In this document: piece by piece, positions 37,555-51,232 of the stretch
Position numbering within the stretch: position 1 is the first letter of the stretch
Layout of the letters: the number at the start of each line of letters is the position of its first letter
NCBI RefSeq assembly: GCF_009914755.1
Contig: NC_060932.1
Origin: the human T2T-CHM13v2.0 reference genome, Homo sapiens
DNA length: 64,000 bases
Reading direction: 5' to 3' (one strand)
Program-made: the position numbers and the translations under genes
Notes under the pieces: generated by a model
The model's input: the letters and a program-made list of their open reading frames with translations, nothing else
Told to the model about the DNA's origin: nothing
Database searches by the model: none

Positions 37555-38470
37555 CTAAATTCTACCACAGGTTCTGTAACCAATTAATTGCATAAGCTGA
37601 AATTTGTGACATAAAATCACAAATGCATGTTTTACCTCTCTCCGCAAGCCTTATCTCCATCTCTACACTTAGATAAAAATTCAGGAAGCTCCATAACTTA
37701 AACTTAAAAATCTGCATCTTTGCCTGGCATTTTACTTTGATATTTCATATCTATTGGATCCAGTTGCCACAGTTGAAATTTTGAATTCAATATCTCGTTA
37801 CTTACCCAGAGCTTGTGTTTCACTTTGAAATTTTTGTTATGGAAAAAAAAAGTGATGCCTGCATTCTTTGGGGAAAATGCAAAACTTGAGTGAGGAGCAC
37901 GGGGGAACAGAAGAAATGAGTGGAGAAAAATTTTTTAAAAATAGAACAGAGTACAGTGAGTTGTCATTTTTGGTGTCATACCACAATCACATGGATTACT
38001 TTGACTTTCGATAATTGTAAAAATAGACCAAATATATGTATGTGCTTGCACACCCACAACCATATACATACATTCTACTTACTCTTATAGAATTAAATAA
38101 GAAACTTGTCTTCCATAATTATTTATGTTTTCAATATGAACTAGATCAGTGATGTAAAAAAGTGAGCATCAACATACCAGATAAAACACAAACAAGTGAT
38201 AGACTCAAATTTTTAAAAAATGAATGACGTAGCTATTTCTACTTTTATTCTATCTCCACAAAGCAAACTTAAGAATTCATTTAAAGTGTGTTCTACGGAT
38301 TTTATACCAAAAATATGGGTATAGAAAATAGTGTGTGAGGGCCTACTATTCAATAATAATGCTGTCAGAGTACTGTTGCCTGGACGTTCTCCATGGTGGC
38401 TTATTTTCTTTATGTTAACATAGGATTATCTGACAGAAAGCAAAGCTTTTAAGGAAAGCAATGCATTTAG

Positions 38471-38863
<393 letters not shown>

Positions 38864-38999
38864 TAGCATCCTGTGGAGAGCTATAGCATTAAGTGCTGAG
38901 CACTGCTTAGAATGAAGGTCTAGGAAATTAGGAGTGGAAAAGTACAAGGGATGGATGAAGATGATGAAAGTGGATCCTAAATATTTCTGTATTTAGTAG

Positions 39000-39260
39000 G
39001 CATCTCAAAATGATTAAGATTAAGCTAAAATACTTAATTTCCCCTACAAAACTCTTCCTCCTTCATTCTTCCATCCTTCTTAAGTGGCACTATCAGTTAC
39101 TCACCAAGTTACTCAAGCCAAAAAATCTGTGAGTCCGCCTAGATTCCTCTTTCCTTCAGCCTCCACATCAAATTCCATAGCACATCCCGTTGTTTGACAC
39201 CATCTCCATATAATATCTGAGATCCATAAACATTTGTTGAGTCAATCAATGAATTCATTT
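39000..39260 (+). mobile_element. L2 fragment
   Basis: aggcatctcaaa...aaactcttcctccttcattcttccatcc...ttactcaagccaaaaatctgtgagtc. Confidence 0.55.
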
Positions 39261-40084
39261 TGGTCTGGCTTAGGCTATGCCTATATGATGCTAACATACT
39301 TAGGAGCAAAGTAAGAAACACAATCAATCGCCCAGATATTTTATGCATGGAAGATTTAACCTTGAGACACTTGAGGATGTGTAAATAACTTGGTTTTCTA
39401 CTGAGTAACCTGAAAACACAACAGCAGAGATATGCAAACTTAGATTTTCAAGTTCTCAGAGACTGAGTCTGTGTAAGACTTATTCTTCTTAGTCAATTCT
39501 AAGTATAGATCAGTTCATACATTGAGTATTAATTGTAACTTATTGAGTGTCTGCCATGTGCCAGGCACTTTGCTCAAATGTTCTTGAGAGCAGTAAACAA
39601 GACACAGCTCTTGCCCTCATGCAGCTTACATTCAGGTGTTTACTTTGTATGATGAAGCAGTTGGAGAAAATAAACACAGTAATAAAAGTAAATAAGTTAA
39701 CATACAATTATTTGGTTTACTAGAGCCTTTATAATTAACCGAGAATTTTTTTAAAATGAGATCCATTAAGAGTTGTTTTATTTGTTTTTAATATGTATCT
39801 TCTATGTGCCAGGTACTGTCCTTGGTGCTAAACATACAGAAAGAAATGAAGTACCATTCTGCCTTCTAGATGTTCACTAATAAGGGAAATTGTATGTATA
39901 TAAATAAGCATTTTACACTCAATAAATTAAGAGAAATACACATCCAGGATTAACTAGATTGAGAAGTCATCTCTTCCTATTTGAATATGAAGAAAAGATT
40001 ATGAATAACATTAACTATAAACTAATGGATATCTGCCAATAAAAATTGTGGATTAGCATGAGAACCTAATAATCATTTTGCTAA

Positions 40085-40290
40085 TAATAATGATTTACAT
40101 GTATTGAGTGTTCACACACAGTGTCAAGTGTTGTTCATATATTATATAACTTGATTCTCATTCATTTTCTATGAGGTAGGTATTATTATCCCCAGCTTAC
40201 ATATGAGGAAACTAAATCTAAAAGAACTTAAGTAATATGCTGACACTAAACTTACACAATCTTTAAGTGGCTGAGCTGGGATTACAAAGA
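40085..40290 (-). mobile_element. MIR
   Basis: ctatgaggtaggtattattatccccagcttacatatgaggaaactaaa...aagtggctgagctgggatt. Confidence 0.75.
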
Positions 40291-41989
40291 TAATTCAGGC
40301 ATTTTCCCCACAGTAGGGTCACCTGAGGTGGTCTTCAAAGAAAAAGTAATTTTAGACATTCAGAGATTGAAAGGAAAGGCATTCCAGGTATAACAAATAG
40401 TTTTTACTTCTAACTATGGTTGTGTATGGGCCTGGCCCAGAAGAATGGAAGACAAATCTTCAGTAATCAGTGCTGAAATCAAAACCACGTGTATTTACCT
40501 ACATGATTATAAGCCCCTGTTCAACAAAGAAGAGAAATATACACAGGATTTTACATAGATTTTGATAGATATTATAGTTTTTATATTGAAATTGGCTTTG
40601 GATATCCAATTCTTGTCCTAGGTTTACCCAAAGCCAAGACTGAAAAGTAATGACATTGAGGTAAGAAGGAGTAAACATTCTGAAAAAGAATTAATCAGAA
40701 AACAATGGGGAATACATTTGGTGAGGAAACACAAAGGAAGCTCCACTTGCCAAAGAGACTTAAAAGTAAAAATATGTTCCCACAAGGCATAGCATAAAAT
40801 TGACAAGATTTTACTCAAGATTATGAAATACCTCAAACCACAATATCAACACTGAGAAATACACAGTTGAATCATCTGCTTTTCTCTTAGGAAAAAACAA
40901 ACAGACTAGGCTTGGTACATCAGGAAGAAAATGCACAAATAATAGAGAAGATTTCAGACAGACCACTTATGGCTAAGGCAAAACTCATTGACCATATACA
41001 GAAAATTATGAGACATACACAAAATTTCAGTATCTTAAAAGATTAAAGATTTTCACATGGGGATGGAGTGTTGTATAGTTAATTACTCATATATTTAGAG
41101 TTTCTACATCATAACATTCTTGTAGTTGGGTGAGAGTCATTTTCATAGGTAATCCGATCAACTATTTTGGCCAAAACTCAGATGATTATTTTCTTTTCGA
41201 AGAGACCATTACCACATCTTCCAAGAAGGAGTTGCCCAACATCTCAGAAACGAACACAGATTAAGTTGCAGACACCTTCCAAACATCCATGTAAATTATG
41301 GAATTCAGTCTTGGTTCCCTAAAATGGGAGTTTTCATCTCTGAAAATGTAATAGACAAAAAGCTTCTGTTCACATATATAATACCTTGCTCTCTCCTACC
41401 CAAGGGAAGAGGGCCAACTTAAAACCTGATTGGTGAGCCTGGCAGACAAATATGAACATGTCTAGCTCAGCAGCCTTTTCCCTTCTGTTGTGAAATCTAC
41501 CTATTCATGAAACTAATGAATTTGGTTCTGGACTTTACACTGGAATGTAAGAACTCATGGGTTAGGGCTCATCTGCTGAGCATTTTATTTCTGTGATTAC
41601 AATATTGGAGTTTCTGTACTAAATTTAAGGTGCTGTTTCTGCTTGTCTTCTCTGCAGAACTCAACTCCTTCTACTGGGTTAACTCTATGTCTAGAATTAA
41701 GGAGGTAACAATGGAAGGCTCCATCTTCTTGGTGAATCCAAGGAGCATTCTACAATTCACTTTTACCAATTATAGAGCTAACATTTCTAAATCTCTATCT
41801 CTGTGACTCTTGTATCTTTTTATTAATTTGTTCCAAACACAAAAGGAACAGTCAGAACCATAAATAATTATCACTCCCCTAACCCCCAAAATAGTTATCC
41901 AATACAAAGATTCATAGTTAGACCCTAGCAACTTTAAAAATCAGGCAATAGGAAATAAGTGCCCCTTGGGTTTTGCCACTTGTTCTGGA

Positions 41990-42165
41990 CTCTTATTTTG
42001 GTGCCATCTCTTAAAAATCACTATAATCTCAAGCAAAGACTCACTCCTCTATAGTTTTTTCCTCATCTCTACCAGTAGGATAATAATACATCAAAAGTTA
42101 TCACGGGGCTTAGTTGAGCTAAGTACAGTGGCTGACACATAATACATACTGGAAATCTGTTATTA
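41990..42165 (+). mobile_element. MIR, degenerate
   Basis: aagcaaagactcactcctctatagttttttcctcatctct...aggataataatac. Confidence 0.5.
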
Positions 42166-43104
42166 ATATTAAGAAACTGTGTTTCTGTTACCTGAACAAA
42201 CAAAAATTCATCATTAGTCTCGGGGATGAAAGAGGTAAAGAACAGGTACTAGAAGCATATTGAAGGAAAACAAGAGTCAATTTCTAAAATTGAACTCAAT
42301 AATTCACATATAGACCATTAAGAGTACTACATTTACACCAGAAGAAATGTATTTATTTTCAAAGAAAATTTGAGTTATTTCAGACCCATAGATCTAAGTA
42401 CAGCTGAATATTAAATCAAAAGACTTCTTTAAACAAAACAAATGGAATTTATTAATTCGTCGTATAATTATTGTGTCTCTCTAAAGTGCCAGTTACTGTT
42501 TTAGCTGCTGAGGATACAGCAGTGAACATGACAAATATGAGTGTAAACACGCACAAAGTTAACTGCTTGTTAATGAGCTATTCCCAGTACAATACAATAT
42601 GCTTTATCTAATGTCATTCTTATCCATCAAACTCTAAAGTTGCCTCTAGCTTGTAACAAAAATGTGTTTATACAAATCTGTTCCTGCCCTTCCACTACTG
42701 CCAAGGAAACACTTTCCAAGGCCATGTATTTTTCCTAGCAGTTATTTAATGGTTACAACTAACTGGGGCAGATCACTACAACTACTGTGCATACATGGGT
42801 TTTTTTTTTTTTTTTTTTTTGCTTACTTCAGACACGCTGCCCTTTTTTTATTCCAGCAAAAATTTTATTACAATTAGCATGACTAATTAAAGTTCAAGAA
42901 ACAGTATGCTTTCTTTTTCAAGTTCCTAAGATGACAGCATCCTGCATCCACTAAGGAAAGAATCATCAGAAGCCAAATGCTGCTACCCAAGTTGCCTTGC
43001 TCTGGCATAATTATTCCAGCTGTGAGTTTAAAAAAAAAAAAGGACTTTAAAGGGGAATAGACATAAGGAAGCTCCTGGGTCTATTATCTGGAGACATAAA
43101 TATC

Positions 43105-45480
43105 TTAATCTTAATATCTGTTTTGTGTAACAAACTAATACTTAGTGATTAACACAAAATAGCATTATTGTCTCCCATAGTTGTGAGATTGATCTCATCT
43201 GGACCACTTGTGCAGTTGCAGTCAGGGGTAACCTGAGGCTGCAATAATCAGAAGTCTTAACTGAGTTAGACATCCAGCCATTCACTTAACTGGAAATTAA
43301 GGCTGGTTATTGGCTGGCAGCTCACCTGAAGATGCAGACTAGCTTGCCAAAACATGGTTTCTCCATGTGACTTGCACTTCTCATAGAACAGTGGCTTGGT
43401 TCCCGTAGTAAGCATTCCAAGTGATCCAGAAAGAAGATACAAGACTTCTTAAGATCTAACCTCACAAGTCGCAAAAGTCACTTCTGTGGCACATTATATT
43501 GGTTAACAAAGTTGCTAATTTCATCCCAGTTTCAAGAGTACAGGAGAAGTAGTATGTGCGGATAGAGGAAAAAAAAAATAATGGTGGCCATCTCTAGATG
43601 TTACCTACCACAGCCATGCTCTGGCCATTACAATTCATATCCATCATATGCAAATCACACTTGCTTTACTCCCAAGACCTCCAAGGTTTCATCAACTCAA
43701 AGTCCAGGATGATGTCATCTAAATCAGATTCGAGTTTAGGTGAGACTCGTGAGTGTAGCTTCTTGGTTTCAGCAACTTGAATACAGTTTCTCTCAAACTC
43801 TGTGAACTAAAGACACAAATTATTTCCTACATATCTATCTAATGGTGATAAGATAAATACAATAAACACATGCATTCAAATTCAGTGGTGGGAGGGGAGC
43901 TGAAAGCACATAGAAGTCACTGCTTCCTAGTAATTCTGAAGTCCAGCTAGGCATATATCACCATTTCTTTGATGATGATGCAGTCCTGCTGCCTGGGACT
44001 TTGTGATTCTTGACCTTTTACTCTGTCATCCTTCCTTTTTTTTAAACAAATAGCTTGTGTTTTCAGTTGAATAGGTTTTACAGCTTTCTTCTTATCCAAG
44101 AAAAGTTTGGAGTCCTGAGAGCTCTTTTCATTTTGAATTGTCATTGTCCTTTTAAGTTCAATCTGATAGAACTTCAACAATATGGTTCTCTTACAAAGTG
44201 CGTGGATCTCCTATGAATCCTGTAATTTATTTCAACAGACAAAAGTTATACCCACAAATCTCTTTGAAACTTTACCCTCTCTGACCTGGGTTGAGAACTA
44301 GGTTGTTGAGGGTCAATACCCTTTATGATGTATCTAATTGAAGAGGGTCTCTAAGGCATGTCCTTAAAACTTTCTGAAGTCTCAGTAAAAGATCTTGCAA
44401 CTATGCCCTTAAGTTAATCTTTGCTTTCAAGTCATCTCTTATTTTAAGAACCTTTTACTCTGTGAAAAGGCTGGGAATAGAAATGGTTGTATTTTAAAAC
44501 CCATAAAGCCATGGTTCATTTACACTTCCCCTAAATTCTACTTGAAAACTAAACAGTTCCTTTTGTTAGTCCATTTCTCTCTAGCTTTACCTTATCATAG
44601 GTGCCTGAAAGCAACCAGCAATGCCTTGAATAGTCTGCCTGAAAATCACCTTAACAAAATTCACCAGTTCATTAGGTATGTTTCTATTTTCCATGTTACT
44701 TTCGAGGACAGTGTTGTGACACTTTCTGCCACACCATAACACAGTCCTTTCTTCTCAATTTTCTAATAACAAGTTCTTTGCTGTCTTAAAACCTTCACTT
44801 ATGGGCTCCTCAAGGCTCTCCAAGCTTCTTCCAGCCACCTGGCTCCAAAGCTAATGCCAATATGACTTAGATTTCTGTTACAGCAGTATCCGGTTTTCAG
44901 TATAGCTTCTGTTGTGGCTAACAATTGATACATAATAAATGTCTCATAACTTAGTAACTTAAAAATATTTGACTATCTCTCATGGTTCTGTCAGTTGAAT
45001 GGCCTCAGTTGGGCAGAAGCTGCAAGGATGCTTATGACTTTGGACCCTAGAAATCCAAGTATTAATTCCTTCTCACTTGATTGCTCAACAAAGTCACTAA
45101 AACCAGCACAGGCCTGGAACAGTGGCTCACACCTGTAATCCCAACACTAGGAGGCCAAGGTGGGAGGATTGCTTGAGTCCAGGATTTCCAGACAAGCCTG
45201 GGCAACATAGGAAGACCCTGTCCCTACAAAAAATAAATTTAAACAAAATAGCCAAGCATAGTGACACACACCTATAGTCCTAGCTACTCTGGGGGCTGAG
45301 GCAGGAGGATCATTTGACCCCAGGAGTTTGAGGTTGGAGCAAGACTTTGTCAGGTAAAAAGAAAAACAAGCCCAGATTCAAAGGGAGAAACTAGGTCCCA
45401 CCTCTTAAGGTAAGAAGCAGAACATACACACAGATAGAGAAGAGACTGATGACAACCATATTTGTAGACCATCTACCACA
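43105..45480 (-). mobile_element. MLT1H-like MaLR provirus: LTR (~43105-43611), internal region (~43612-44908), LTR (~44909-45480)
   Basis: Both LTRs end in ctaccaca preceded by similar sequence (atggtggccatc / atgacaaccata). Both have cttagt.a.ttaa.a near the start and aacaaagt...cccag.ttcaa. The internal region ends tccaaagc...tgttacagcag...ttc as in MLT1-int. Confidence 0.65.
45111..45368 (+). mobile_element. AluJ with an internal deletion in the right arm, inserted in the MLT1 LTR
   Basis: ggaggattgcttgagtccagg...gcctgggcaacatagg. The right arm jumps from gaggttg to gagcaagac. Confidence 0.9.
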
Positions 45481-46926
45481 AAATTCCTTTATTATAAACA
45501 CATTTTATAGCATAACAAATAGAGCATAGAAACTAACTGTGGAATTTTTAAAACCACTACAATCAAATCATATTTATTATATTGTTTTAATCTGTTTCCC
45601 CAAGCTCTGTTATTTCCCTTCCCTTGCTTACTCATTATTTTACAAATGCTATTATGTAATACTCCTAACCAGATTATTAGACAGTAGAAGGTAGAAATTT
45701 GTCTTGTAGTGTTTTATATCTCTGGCACCTAGTAACCCTCTGGATGTAGTCATTCTTCAAAATGTACTCAGTAATTACATGTTCAAGCAATAATTAAAAT
45801 TTCCTAGTTTTATATATAATGTTGCAAAACATTTTCAGGTACATTAGATTATATACATATATATCATGATTGATATCCATAGCAATAACCTGCAGCTACC
45901 AATTCTTTTGCCAAATAGAGATGAAAAATCTAGTACTGGAGGATATTGCAGCAGCAATGGAACTTAGGCTTATCCTGAGCTCTATTACTGCTCATAGCTG
46001 TTTTCTTCCCCAATTTCTTCTAGTTGATTTCAACCCCTAAAGTTGGTTACATACATTGCTTTGTGACATGATACTCTAAACTTGTGTAAGCTATAAAGCA
46101 CAATCAGAAAAAGAAGATGAGGATTCCTTTACACAGTCGTTTTTCAAAGAGTGACCACTGCCCATTTTCCTCAGCAATATAAAAGCAGGAGTTATCATAG
46201 GGAAATTGCTTCTTAGGGATCCCTTCCACAATAAAAAATGAATATTAAGTTTCTCCTTTAAATTTTTATGTATACATGACTGTATCCACACAGTCCCCCA
46301 CTGGTGTTTTTAAAAGAGCAGCTCTATATGAGTCAATACAACAGGGACAGAAGAAGCCGTGCCATTTTCAAAGCTGAACTATCAAAGTAATTGCACAATT
46401 GCTTTTGCACCAACCTAATATTAGAGTTCACCATCACCTCTCTGCCCAGTTTCCTGTCACTAGATGATCAGCACTGACTGTTATATGCCTTATCAACAGC
46501 AGCTTCTGTACAGCACCATGGTATTCTTAACCTTTGCTAATTATTTTCTGCAAGATATTGTCCCATTTTCAATTTTTTCCATGTCAGCCGCAGCCAGGGC
46601 AGGGGTTGAAATGATTGAAAGGCTTCCTTGGAAGCAGAACGAAGTAAGCAAAGCTGTAACTAGATGATCTTCCTAGTAGAAAAGATAGCTCCTCACCAGA
46701 ACAAAGATGGTTTTTCAATGAAAATACTTTTTCTGCCATTTTTTATGACTTATTAAACATATAGTGATAGAATTCTGGAAATTCATTCATTATCATTTAC
46801 CCAATCACTTGTTGGTGCTAAAGATAACAAATGTCCCTTCTTCTAAGTTCCAGGTATTTCTGCATTTCCTTAGGCCCCAAGTTTGTACGCTTCTCCTTGA
46901 TGCTCTTCCCAATCTTAGAATGTATC

Positions 46927-46958
46927 TAGATAGATAGACAGGGAGATGATAGATAGAC

Positions 46959-47005
<47 letters not shown>

Positions 47006-47087
47006 GATAGAGATACATACATATATACACACACTTGTGTGTACGTGTGTGTGTGTATGTGTGTGTGTGTGCATGTGTGTGTGTGTG
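46927..47087. repeat. Compound microsatellite: (TAGA)n followed by (TG)n
   Basis: Uninterrupted (TAGA)11 at 46961-47004; interrupted TG run about 47036-47087. Confidence 0.97.
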
Positions 47088-47194
47088 CTTGAGAGAGACA
47101 GTGGGATATACACATATTTTTTTCTAGGACTTCAAGGGACCACAGCCTTCTATTTGTGATTTAATAATATTAAGCTGTACATAAGTAAAAAGGT

Positions 47195-47765
47195 CTTTGA
47201 CCTTTAAGTAACAGAAAATCCAATTCAAACTGGCATAAACATCCTGAAAAAGCATTAGCTCACAGAACTGGAAGTCCCAAAGTTAGATGACTTGTTTTGC
47301 AAACTTAACACAAAGGCCCTGCCAACTTCTGTGTGTAGTCTTTATTGTCAAGCTGATAAAATGTCCTCAGCTGTTCCAGACCTCACATTCTGACAACATC
47401 CATGTAAAGGAAGATCATTTCTTCCTTTAATTCCTCCTTTAAAAGCAAATAAACTTCTTGAAAGCTCCAGCTACCTTTCTTATAAGACTCACTGGCTTGA
47501 ATGGGGTTATGGGTCCATCCTAAATGCATCCCAAGGAATGCATTCAGGCAACCCAAGGAATGTCATGTGATAATTGGCTTGGCCCTGTATTCCTGAACCA
47601 ATCATTGGAAACAGAAGATGAGATTATCCTAAGATCACTCAGATTCACCTATAAAGCTGGGCAAGGGTTGGCTTCTCCTCAGGCATGAGACCTGAAATCA
47701 AACCAACATTTTATGATGGAGAAGAAAGGAGAATAAAGTCAACATAAAAAACAAAGTCTACCAGA
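47195..47765 (-). mobile_element. Old MLT1 (K/L-like) LTR
   Basis: aagtaacagaaaatccaattcaaactggcataaac...ttagctcacagaactggaagtcc...cctgaaccaatcattg. Confidence 0.6.
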
Positions 47766-48488
47766 GCTTGGTTGGGCTAAAAACTGATTTGCAATGGATT
47801 TCATAAAAACATCCATTCAATCACAGAAACAGTGGACATATGTCTATTTTCTCATTAAAAATGGTTGGACCCCAGCCAAGTAGGTCTGTACTGGAGACAG
47901 TTTCAGACTTGATCAGGAAGATAGTTACTTGAAGCTTTAAATAAAGCGTGGATTGGGGGCAGGGAGGACAGAGGGGGGAAGGAAAGGGAGGAGCCCCAAA
48001 GGCAAGACCAAAGAAGTCAATATCCAGGGAAAAAAGAGACACAAGTTTTTTAATTAGATATATCCAGAAATGGAATGGCAGAGTGAAACATAGCTGGGAG
48101 TGAAAACAAACTATCCAGGACTACATCCCCTTATAGGACTGGGATGTCTTCCTACAGCTTGTTCCTTCTTGGTCCTTGCTCTTAATATATGTGAACTTCA
48201 GGGTAGGTCAGACAGTTTCGTGGTGAGCAACTCCTCCTATTCCTCCTCACCCTGTTCATTTCAGGACCCAGGGTAGAACACAGAGCACCAGGCTTCCTTG
48301 GGGTCCACAATGTGCCTAACTGAATTCAGCTCCAGATAATGAGACTCATTATACAATAATTAAAATTCACTACTGAGCAGCTCTTTGGCTAAGACATTAA
48401 AACGCAAATACATTAATGCCTTCATTCATACCAAGCCTTTACTAGATATCTGCCATATGTAAGATGCTCTGCTGGGCACTAGAGATCA

Positions 48489-48946
48489 TGTGACAGTCAT
48501 AGGAGTGTGCTTTTCAGCTCCTCCTTCAAGAGAGAACCTGGTGTGAGGACTGGAGTGAGTGGACAGTGTCTAACTACTGTGCTCTGTGATCCACTGTGGT
48601 GTTCATGCTGAGGACATGCTGTCATTGAGCTGCTCCCAACCAGTGACCAAGTACAGCAGGGGTACCATAGCCAAGCCATTCCCACCCAATGTGGGACTCC
48701 TCTAGCAGGTGATCTTTTCTCTGGAGCTTGCAATCAGCCTGGCTGAGACTTTCTCAAAGGCACCTTGTAGCATGAGAATCTTTCTACTCAATCTCCCTTC
48801 CTTTCCTCTCTCCCCTCACAGGAGTCAGACCTGCCTAACAGTCAGAGGCTCTCTCCAACAACTCTGGCTGCTTCTCTCCTTTATCCTTCACAGGTGTTTC
48901 TAACTCTACATTGGTGTCTATTTCCCAGAGGATCTGAACTGACACA
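48489..48946 (+). mobile_element. LTR16A-like ERVL solo LTR
   Basis: TG...CA termini (tgtgacagtc...gaactgacaca). 5-bp TSD gatca at 48484-48488 and 48947-48951. Internal ccattcccacccaatgtgggactcctc and ggagtcagacctgc. Confidence 0.8.
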
Positions 48947-48999
48947 GATCATAACAGGTGTTAAGATGTGCTCTTCAGGCCCTTAACATCTATAGATGT

Positions 49000-49450
49000 T
49001 AAATCTTAAGAGCTTGAAGAACCTTGATGTTATTTAGCTCAATCTCCTTATTTATTCAGCATCTTTTCTACAGCATTGTCAAAAATTTAAGCAGCAACTG
49101 TTTGAGCACTTCTGAAGACTGGAAGTTCCACAATCAGTAGGACAGTCCACTCTGTGCCTGCACAACTTAGCTTCTCCCTTTGTTAAACTGCCTCCTTGTT
49201 ACTTCTCCCCACTGTGATTAGTTTTGTCCCCTAGGACCACTCATAATGGGCTTATGTTTTCTTCACATAGTGACATTGAAGGGCAGATGCCTACTTAACC
49301 TTCAGATGCAATATACCTGGTTCTTCCCACTGTTATCCATTTGATATGATTGGCAGAGTCATAATCATTATGCTTGTTCCTCTTTTGACACACCCAATTT
49401 CTCTATGCCTCTCTGATAGTGTATCACCCACAGCTGCAAATAATCATTGT
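49000..49450 (-). mobile_element. L3/CR1 LINE relic
   Basis: gaagaaccttgatgttatttagctcaatctcc...tttgagcacttctgaagactggaagttccacaa...ggacagtccactctg. Confidence 0.45.
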
Positions 49451-51145
49451 TTGTGTATTCTGCAAAATCCACTTACTGTAAGCACCACAGGGGCAGATAG
49501 CAAATCCCTGCTCTTTATCACATAGTTAATTCACGATAGAAACTCAATGTATGTTTATTGAATGAAGGAGCTTATTGAGCAGTTTATTGAGCAGAAGTAA
49601 TTGAAAAGGATACAACGCAGGTCCTTTTGGTTTAGTCAAGATGAACCCTCCACATTCTGTCTGAACATAAACTGTCTTCATGGTAGCAAACCTTCTATCT
49701 CCTACTTGGCTGAAGGGTACAATAATCTGAAGAAATTCCTATCCTTCTAATCAAAGAGACAGAAAGAATGAAGGCAAGATGTTAGAATCATTGAGGGCAA
49801 GCGAGCCTGATTACTAGTAAATATACCTCAGAAAATATTCTGAAATCCTACCAGTTTTGAGAATCATTATTCCCTCTGAGTGTAGACTGAGTAGAATATG
49901 CAATTAAAGAGGAAAAATATTTGATCTTAACTTTTCTGGATGTTTTCAGGATATTTCATTTCTATTTCTTTCTGGGAAGACAATAATTAGAACATCATTT
50001 ATCTTGTTCACCATGACACTTTTATATTGTTAAGAGTGAATTATATGGGGGGATTTTTATGCCATCTTTTGCACATGCACGATATACTTGTACAGTATTT
50101 TATAGTAAGCTACACCAGACAACATGACTAGGTATATGTTAAATGGAAGAGTAAATAGGGAATTTTTTTTTCTATGAGGTACAGGGTGAGCCTAAAGTTA
50201 GTTTAATTAACATTCTTTTTGTTCTTTTGTTTTAGATTTAGGGTTATATATGCAGGTTCATTGTATAGGTAAGTTGAATGTCACAGGGGTTTAGTGTTCA
50301 GATTATTTTGCCACCTATGTAATAAGCATAGTACCAAATAGGTAGTTTTTTGATCCTCACCCTACTCCCTCTCTCTGCTCTCAAGTAGGCTCCAGTGTCT
50401 GTTGTTCTCCTTTGTGTCTATGAGTTCTCATGATTTAGCTCCCACTTATAAGTGAGAATATGTGGTATTTGGTTTTCTGTTCCAGTGTTAGTTTGCTTAG
50501 GATAATGCCTCCAGCTCCATCCATGTTGCTGCAAATAATATGATCTCATTCGTTTTTATGACTGTATAGTATTCCATGGTGCATATGTACCACATTTTCT
50601 TTATGCGCTCTACCATTGATGTGCATTTAGGTTGATTCCATGTCTTTGCTATTGTGAATAGTGCTGCGGTGAACCTAGGCACTCATGAGTCTTTATGGTA
50701 GAACAACTTATATGCCTTTAGGTACATACCCAATAACAGGACTGCTAGGTCGAATGGTAATTCTGCTTTGAGTTCTCTGAGAAATCACCAAACTCTTTTC
50801 CACAGTGGCTGAACTAATTTTTACATTCCCACCAGCAGTGTGTAAGCATTCACCTTTCTCTGCAACCTCTCCAGCGTCTGTTATTTTTTGACTTTTTAAT
50901 AATAGCCATTCTGACTGGTGTGAGATGATATGTTATTGTGGTTTTGATTTGCATTTCTCTAATAATTAGTCATGTTGAGCATTTTTGCATATGCTTGTTG
51001 TCTGCATGTATGTCTTCATTTGAAAAGTGCCTGTTCATGTCCTTTACCCACTTTTGAATGGGGTTGTTTGTTTCTTGCTTGTTAGTTTGCTTAAGTTTCT
51101 TATAGATTCTGGATATTTAACCTTTGTCAGATGCATAGTTTGCAA

Positions 51146-51232
51146 ATATTTTCTCCCATTCTGTTACTTGTCTGTTTACTCTATATTTACTCTGTTGAGT
51201 AAACAGACAAGCTACAGAATGGGAGAAAATAT
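51146..51232. repeat. Inverted duplication inside L1, 36-bp arms, 15-nt spacer
   Basis: Arms 51146-51181 and 51197-51232, 34/36 complementary. Confidence 0.92.

Noticed and set aside
46805-47115. ORFs with THTH and YLSI repeats
   Set aside because: They are translations of the TG and TAGA microsatellites.
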